Source: Octopus bimaculoides (taxonomy: Eukaryota). Taken from it: DNA of 56,151 nucleotides. Below the pieces are notes generated by a model. That model saw only the letters and a program-made list of their open reading frames with translations. It was not told the origin of the DNA and did no database searches. The stretch lies in assembly GCF_001194135.2 (NCBI RefSeq), contig NC_068990.1, positions 45,711,101 to 45,767,251 on the forward strand, in the 5' to 3' direction. Position numbers and translations under genes: made by a program. Numbering within the stretch: position 1 is the stretch's first letter; the number at the start of each line of letters is the position of its first letter. Of the stretch, positions 51,554 to 56,151 are shown one piece after another.

Positions 51554-52630
51554 ATTATTTAAAGGTCACAATACATGTATTAAAGCACTACTAATAGATC
51601 TAATGGCATCTAAGATAAAGTAGTATCTAACCACTCTAGTATTATTTAGGATAATAAGAAACCCCAAAAATAGGTCAAGGAAAATTTGGTTCGCCCCCTC
51701 CCTTTTCCCCATAATATAAAAACTAATGTTGGTAAAAGATTCCTGCCACTCCTAGACAAACAGTTTCCAGCTACAGATACAGGAAAATATTCAATAGGCA
51801 TTCTGTGAAATTATCATATAGCTGCTGCCCCAATATGAAGAGTATCATTACATGTGGTTAACACCAAGAACCTGAATCCAGCTGTAACTGTTGCAACCCA
51901 GGATCCTGTCCCCTTGACCAACGATGCATGACTAAATCTATCATACATGAGGCAGCAGTTACTGCAACCCTAAATAATAATGCAACTGATAAGAAGGCCT
52001 ATATCGGATTATGCGAAGTTGAATTAAAAAATCACTTTGCCAATCACATAGCCTCCTTCCGATATAGGGACAAAAGTAAAGCTACTAAGATGGCTAGCTA
52101 CATGTGGACTTTGAAAGATAACAAAACACCATATGTGATTAAATGGAAAGTAATTGAGAAATCCATACCTTATGTGAATAGATTGAATAACTGTAGACTT
52201 TGTTTGGCTGAAAGAGCACAGATCCTATTCAGATCTAAGGTCCCTAACTCTCTATTGAATTTCAGGTCGGAAATTTTCAGTAGTTGCATGCATATGTATA
52301 CATATATTCTGAAGAATTGGAAAATTTCACCTATTCCTGACCGACTTTTTACCTTTTGACACTTCAGTTTTGTTTTCCGGTTTCGTTTTCCATTGTTTAC
52401 TGTCTGCATTTTCTATGTGCTGCCTTCTCAGCTTCATCACGTTTCTTCTATTTATTCAATCTTTTAGTTCATTATGATAAGCGGTTTGCGTCTGAAGAAT
52501 ATGTTTGAGTCTTCTCAACATATGATACTATTAGTAGCGCTTTAATACATGTATTGTGACCTTTAAATAATAAGATTTATCTCTGACCAGATGGAGTACT
52601 TTTTTTGCTGAATTTTCTATCATGGATCAG
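51554..52630 (+). mobile_element. 5'-truncated Penelope-like element: GIY-YIG plus tail, with inverted 5' segment
   Basis: CPLDQRCMTKSIIHEA...AYIGLCEVELKNHFANH...YMWTLKD...YVIKWKVIE...CRLCLAERAQIL. 44-bp inverted repeat 51554-51597 / 52528-52571 with 1 mismatch. Confidence 0.9.
52488..52540 (+). ncRNA. Type I hammerhead ribozyme motif, degenerate (GAAA->GAUA)
   Basis: GCGU-CUGAAGA-AUAUGUU(U)GAG[UCUU]CUCAACAUAU-GAUA-CU(AUU)AG-UA-GCGC. Confidence 0.68.
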
Positions 52631-52652
52631 AATATTATATATATATATATAT

Positions 52653-53540
52653 GGCGCAGGATTGGCTGTGTGGTAAGTAGCTTGCATACCAACCACATGG
52701 TTCCGGGTTCATTCCTACTGCGTGGCACCTTGGGCAAGTGACTTCTATTATAGCCTCGGGCCGACCAAAACCTTGTGAGTGGATTTGGTAGACGGAAACT
52801 GAAAGAAGCCCGTCGTATATATGTATATATATGTATATATGTATGTGTGTGTATATGTTTGTGTGTCTGTGTTTGTCCCCCCAACATTGCTTGACAACCG
52901 ATGCTGGTGTGTTTATATCTCCGTAACTTAGCGGTTCGGCAAAAGAGACCGATAGAATAAGTACTAGGCATCCAAAGAATAACACAGTTTTATATTTAAG
53001 AGATGAGGAATTATTTACATTATTTACATTNNNNNNNNNNNNNNNNNNNNNNNNNNNNNNNNNNNNNNNNNNNNNNNNNNNNNNNNNNNNNNNNNNNNNN
53101 NNNNNNNNNNNNNNNNNNNNNNNNNNNNNNNNNNNNNNNNNNNNNNNNNNNNNNNNNNNNNNNNNNNNNNNNNNNNNNNNNNNNNNNNNNNNNNNNNNNN
53201 NNNNNNNNNNNNNNNNNNNNNNNNNNNNNNNNNNNNNNNNNNNNNNNNNNNNNNNNNNNNNNNNNNNNNNNNNNNNNNNNNNNNNNNNNNNNNNNNNNNN
53301 NNNNNNNNNNNNNNNNNNNNNNNNNNNNNNNNNNNNNNNNNNNNNNNNNNNNNNNNNNNNNNNNNNNNNNNNNNNNNNNNNNNNNNNNNNNNNNNNNNNN
53401 NNNNNNNNNNNNNNNNNNNNNNNNNNNNNNNNNNNNNNNNNNNNNNNNNNNNNCCTGGGGTCGATTTGCTCGACTAAAAGCGGTGCTCCAGCATGGCTGC
53501 AGTCAAATGATTGAAACAAGTAAAAGAGTAAAAAGAGAGT
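52653..53540 (+). mobile_element. Young, CpG-retaining SINE copy interrupted at ~52981 by an insertion mostly hidden in the gap
   Basis: The SINE body (compare 14896-15290) stops after aaagaataa and resumes with cctggggtcgatttgc at 53454. Confidence 0.7.
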
Positions 53541-53547
53541 AAAGAGA

Positions 53548-53587
<40 letters not shown>

Positions 53588-54144
53588 CCATGTGAGTGTA
53601 TGTTTGTGTGTTGGTGCTTATCACTCCTGCACCACTGCATGACAACTGGGTTTGGATTGTTTGACTAATTGCTTGTTGGATTGTTTCAAGTTGGTGCTCC
53701 AGCATGGCTGCAGTTCAATTAGTGAAAGAAATAAATGAAATAAAAGACACAGGACACAGTTTAGACAAACTAAATGACTATACTCTCTCTCATATACAAA
53801 AATTGGAGTTGTGCCTACTCCAAATAAGCTACTTCAGATCAAACTGGTTCTGAGCAGCAGAACAGTGATTAAGAGCATTTCAGCCATGACAATTCTACCC
53901 TTTTTTTTAGAGCTATCTATGACAATATCACCAAATGCAGTGGTTCTCAAACTGACAAAAAGTAGGCTGTCCCCACTCAGTATTAGTGAAATTCTTTTGC
54001 CTTTTTGTGCCTTTATTAGTGAGAAAACAAAACAGTGTTTGCATTCATATAATTATTTCTTTGCCATGGTGTTGGACAAGTTTTGAAAGTTTAAAATCAT
54101 TTTGATTTTATTAAATATAGTCATTTGTCTGCCTCCTTTTTACA

Positions 54145-54238
54145 GACACACACACACACACACACACGCACGCACGCACACACGCACGCATGCACGCACG
54201 CATGCACACACGCACGCACACGCACACATGCACACGCG

Positions 54239-54278
<40 letters not shown>
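54145..54278. repeat. (CA)n/(CACG)n compound microsatellite; (TATC)n also at ~54783-54843
   Basis: Directly visible. Confidence 0.95.
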
Positions 54279-54279
<1 letters not shown>

Positions 54280-55384
54280 TCCAACCAAGAGAAGCTCATG
54301 TCTTTCTTCCCATTTTTAAGAGAGGATTTTATTTGAGGAGGAATTGGCTGTTATTTCTTGTGCATATAATGATGATTTTTGCAGCATTTCAATGGCCTTG
54401 GGCAAGGCAATGCACTGGAAGCTCTTGTATACACAACCACACCATGCATAAATTAGTATGATATCCCTAGACATGTGGGGCTCTTCTTCCTGAGGAATGC
54501 CCAGTGTGCCGATGCACATGCATAGATATATATTCATCCTAGATTTTATTCCAAAGTCTTACCTCATAGAGAAGCTGTCACTCTACAACTATTGACATAC
54601 AATAAAACTGAACCCGTTCTTTCTCTTTCTCATCTGTTACAAATATGCAGCTTCCGCTCTTCTCAACAGGCTTAACAGAAAACCACCTCATTATAATAAA
54701 CCCATTTGATGTTACTCTCACTTCTCCTCCAGTCACCAGTATCTCCCCTTACCAAAATTGCCTCCACTCCCCACCTCTCTCTCTATCTATCTATCCATCC
54801 ATCTATCTATCTATCTATCTATCTGTTTATCTATCTGTCTATCTAAAAATCTGCAACATTTAAAACTAAGTCTTTAACCTCAAAGCTAGAAACACTTCTT
54901 GGATTAATTGATAATAATAAAAAAAAAGTGAACATATTCATTTATGATAATATCCAGATCTTTTTAATTTGTAACAAGCATAAAAAGGAAAAAAAAACTT
55001 ATTATTTTATTACTGAAATAAAAAATGTTTTTCAGATCTTTTATTTTCTCTCTTAACAAAAACATCTCAATGTTTCTTGAGTTTTTTCAGAAGATTTATT
55101 TAGAGTAAAAAGAAAATAAAAATTCAGAAAAAGCAAGGAAATATGATTAATATAAATACTTAGGTATGTATTTATCATATATAAAATTTGTCCCAATGTT
55201 TATTCATGTGAGAATTGGTTTGCTTTTCTCACACTTTCAAACATTCCTCTATATCAGCTACTTGCTCAAAAAGACACACCTTATATTGAAATAACTATGA
55301 CATGCACTTCTAGAGAAATGTAAAAAAAAATAACAAAACGGACAAAAATAAAGAAAAGCCCATTATTTTCACAAATATATATAT

Positions 55385-55822
55385 ATAGGGAAGTCAAGAA
55401 TTATCTGAACTTTCATCATTACATATCTTTATTATTGTCACACTGCCTTCTGAGCATGCATGCTTGTAGCTGGTACTATTGTGGTCATGTGATCGAAGTT
55501 TGAGCCTGATCACACCATTTTTCTTTCTGGCTTTACAGTGTAAGCATGGCTGCTCCACTATTAATGTGCACTAAAGAAGAACAAACAGCAGTGATCCAAT
55601 TTCTCTGATTGGAAGGTATGTCAGGTGCTGAAATTCATCAGTGGCTTTTAGTATAATATGGGGACAGTGCACTACCGCTTTGTAGTGTGTATGAGTGGGT
55701 CAAGACGTTTAAAAGTGGCTGGACATGTGTGACGCATGAAGAGAGATCCGGATGCCCGTCAACCTCCAGCACTGACAAGAAGATTCAGGAAGCTTGAGAG
55801 ATGGTAATGGTGAATTGGTGCA
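55385..55822 (+). mobile_element. Mariner 5' portion (transposase N-terminal HTH), truncated by a younger insertion
   Basis: From ATG 55546: MAAPLLMCTKEEQTAVIQFL*LEGMSGAEIHQWL...YGDSALP..SVYEWVKTFKSG...ERSGCPSTSSTDKKIQEA*EMV. The 5' boundary is approximate. Confidence 0.8.
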
Positions 55823-56151
55823 CATTGCTAGTGGAGCGGCTGTGGTATGACGTCAGTGTCTGGGGAGGCTGACCGGAAGGGCGAGTTGACCGGAAGAGGA
55901 AAAAGGGCAGAGGGAGCCTCGATCGGGATTCGTGCCCTTTTCGAACGGGGTTGTGGACAGGACGAGACGTGGCTAGTGACGGTCTAGGTTTTGGAGAAGC
56001 AGCTGCTATTCCTAGTGTTCTTTGGGTCGGGGCAAGCTTCAAGGATTGGATACCGCAAGACAGACTCGCAGTTGACGAAAGGAAAACCGAGGTAAGGCGA
56101 TTACATCTACTCGCACGCACACACCACAAGCTATTTTGGCCCCACGTGTAG
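55823..56151 (+). mobile_element. GC/CpG-rich insertion, possibly the 5' end of a young retroelement; continues past the window
   Basis: Abrupt loss of mariner similarity and a jump in GC/CpG content. An open frame runs off the window edge. Confidence 0.4.

Overview
AT-rich eukaryotic genomic DNA, dense in microsatellites and transposon relics, with 7 N-gaps. The SINE/RTE/mariner repertoire suggests a coleoid cephalopod such as Octopus (inference). Only one host coding exon is supported: the first coding exon of an SMAP1/2-type ArfGAP on the minus strand (33503-33620). I could not find exon 2 by eye, so everything to its left (>33 kb) appears to be intron. The rest is mariner, piggyBac, hAT-like, RTE, L2/L1-like, Gypsy, Penelope and SINE remnants. 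Nearly all ORFs in the supplied track are microsatellite or gap artefacts, antisense frames, or TE fragments. The strongest unannotated structure is a set of three type I hammerhead-ribozyme motifs at Penelope-like element 3' ends (18462-18541 +, 38750-38809 -, 52488-52540 +). In two of these elements the truncated 5' end carries an inverted copy of the tail that starts at the ribozyme GAAA. Other highlights are a 150-bp palindromic MITE with head-to-head TTAGGG arrays and an 8-bp TSD, and a CpG-retaining domain around the SMAP start. All analysis was done by eye, so TE boundaries are approximate unless TIRs or TSDs are quoted.
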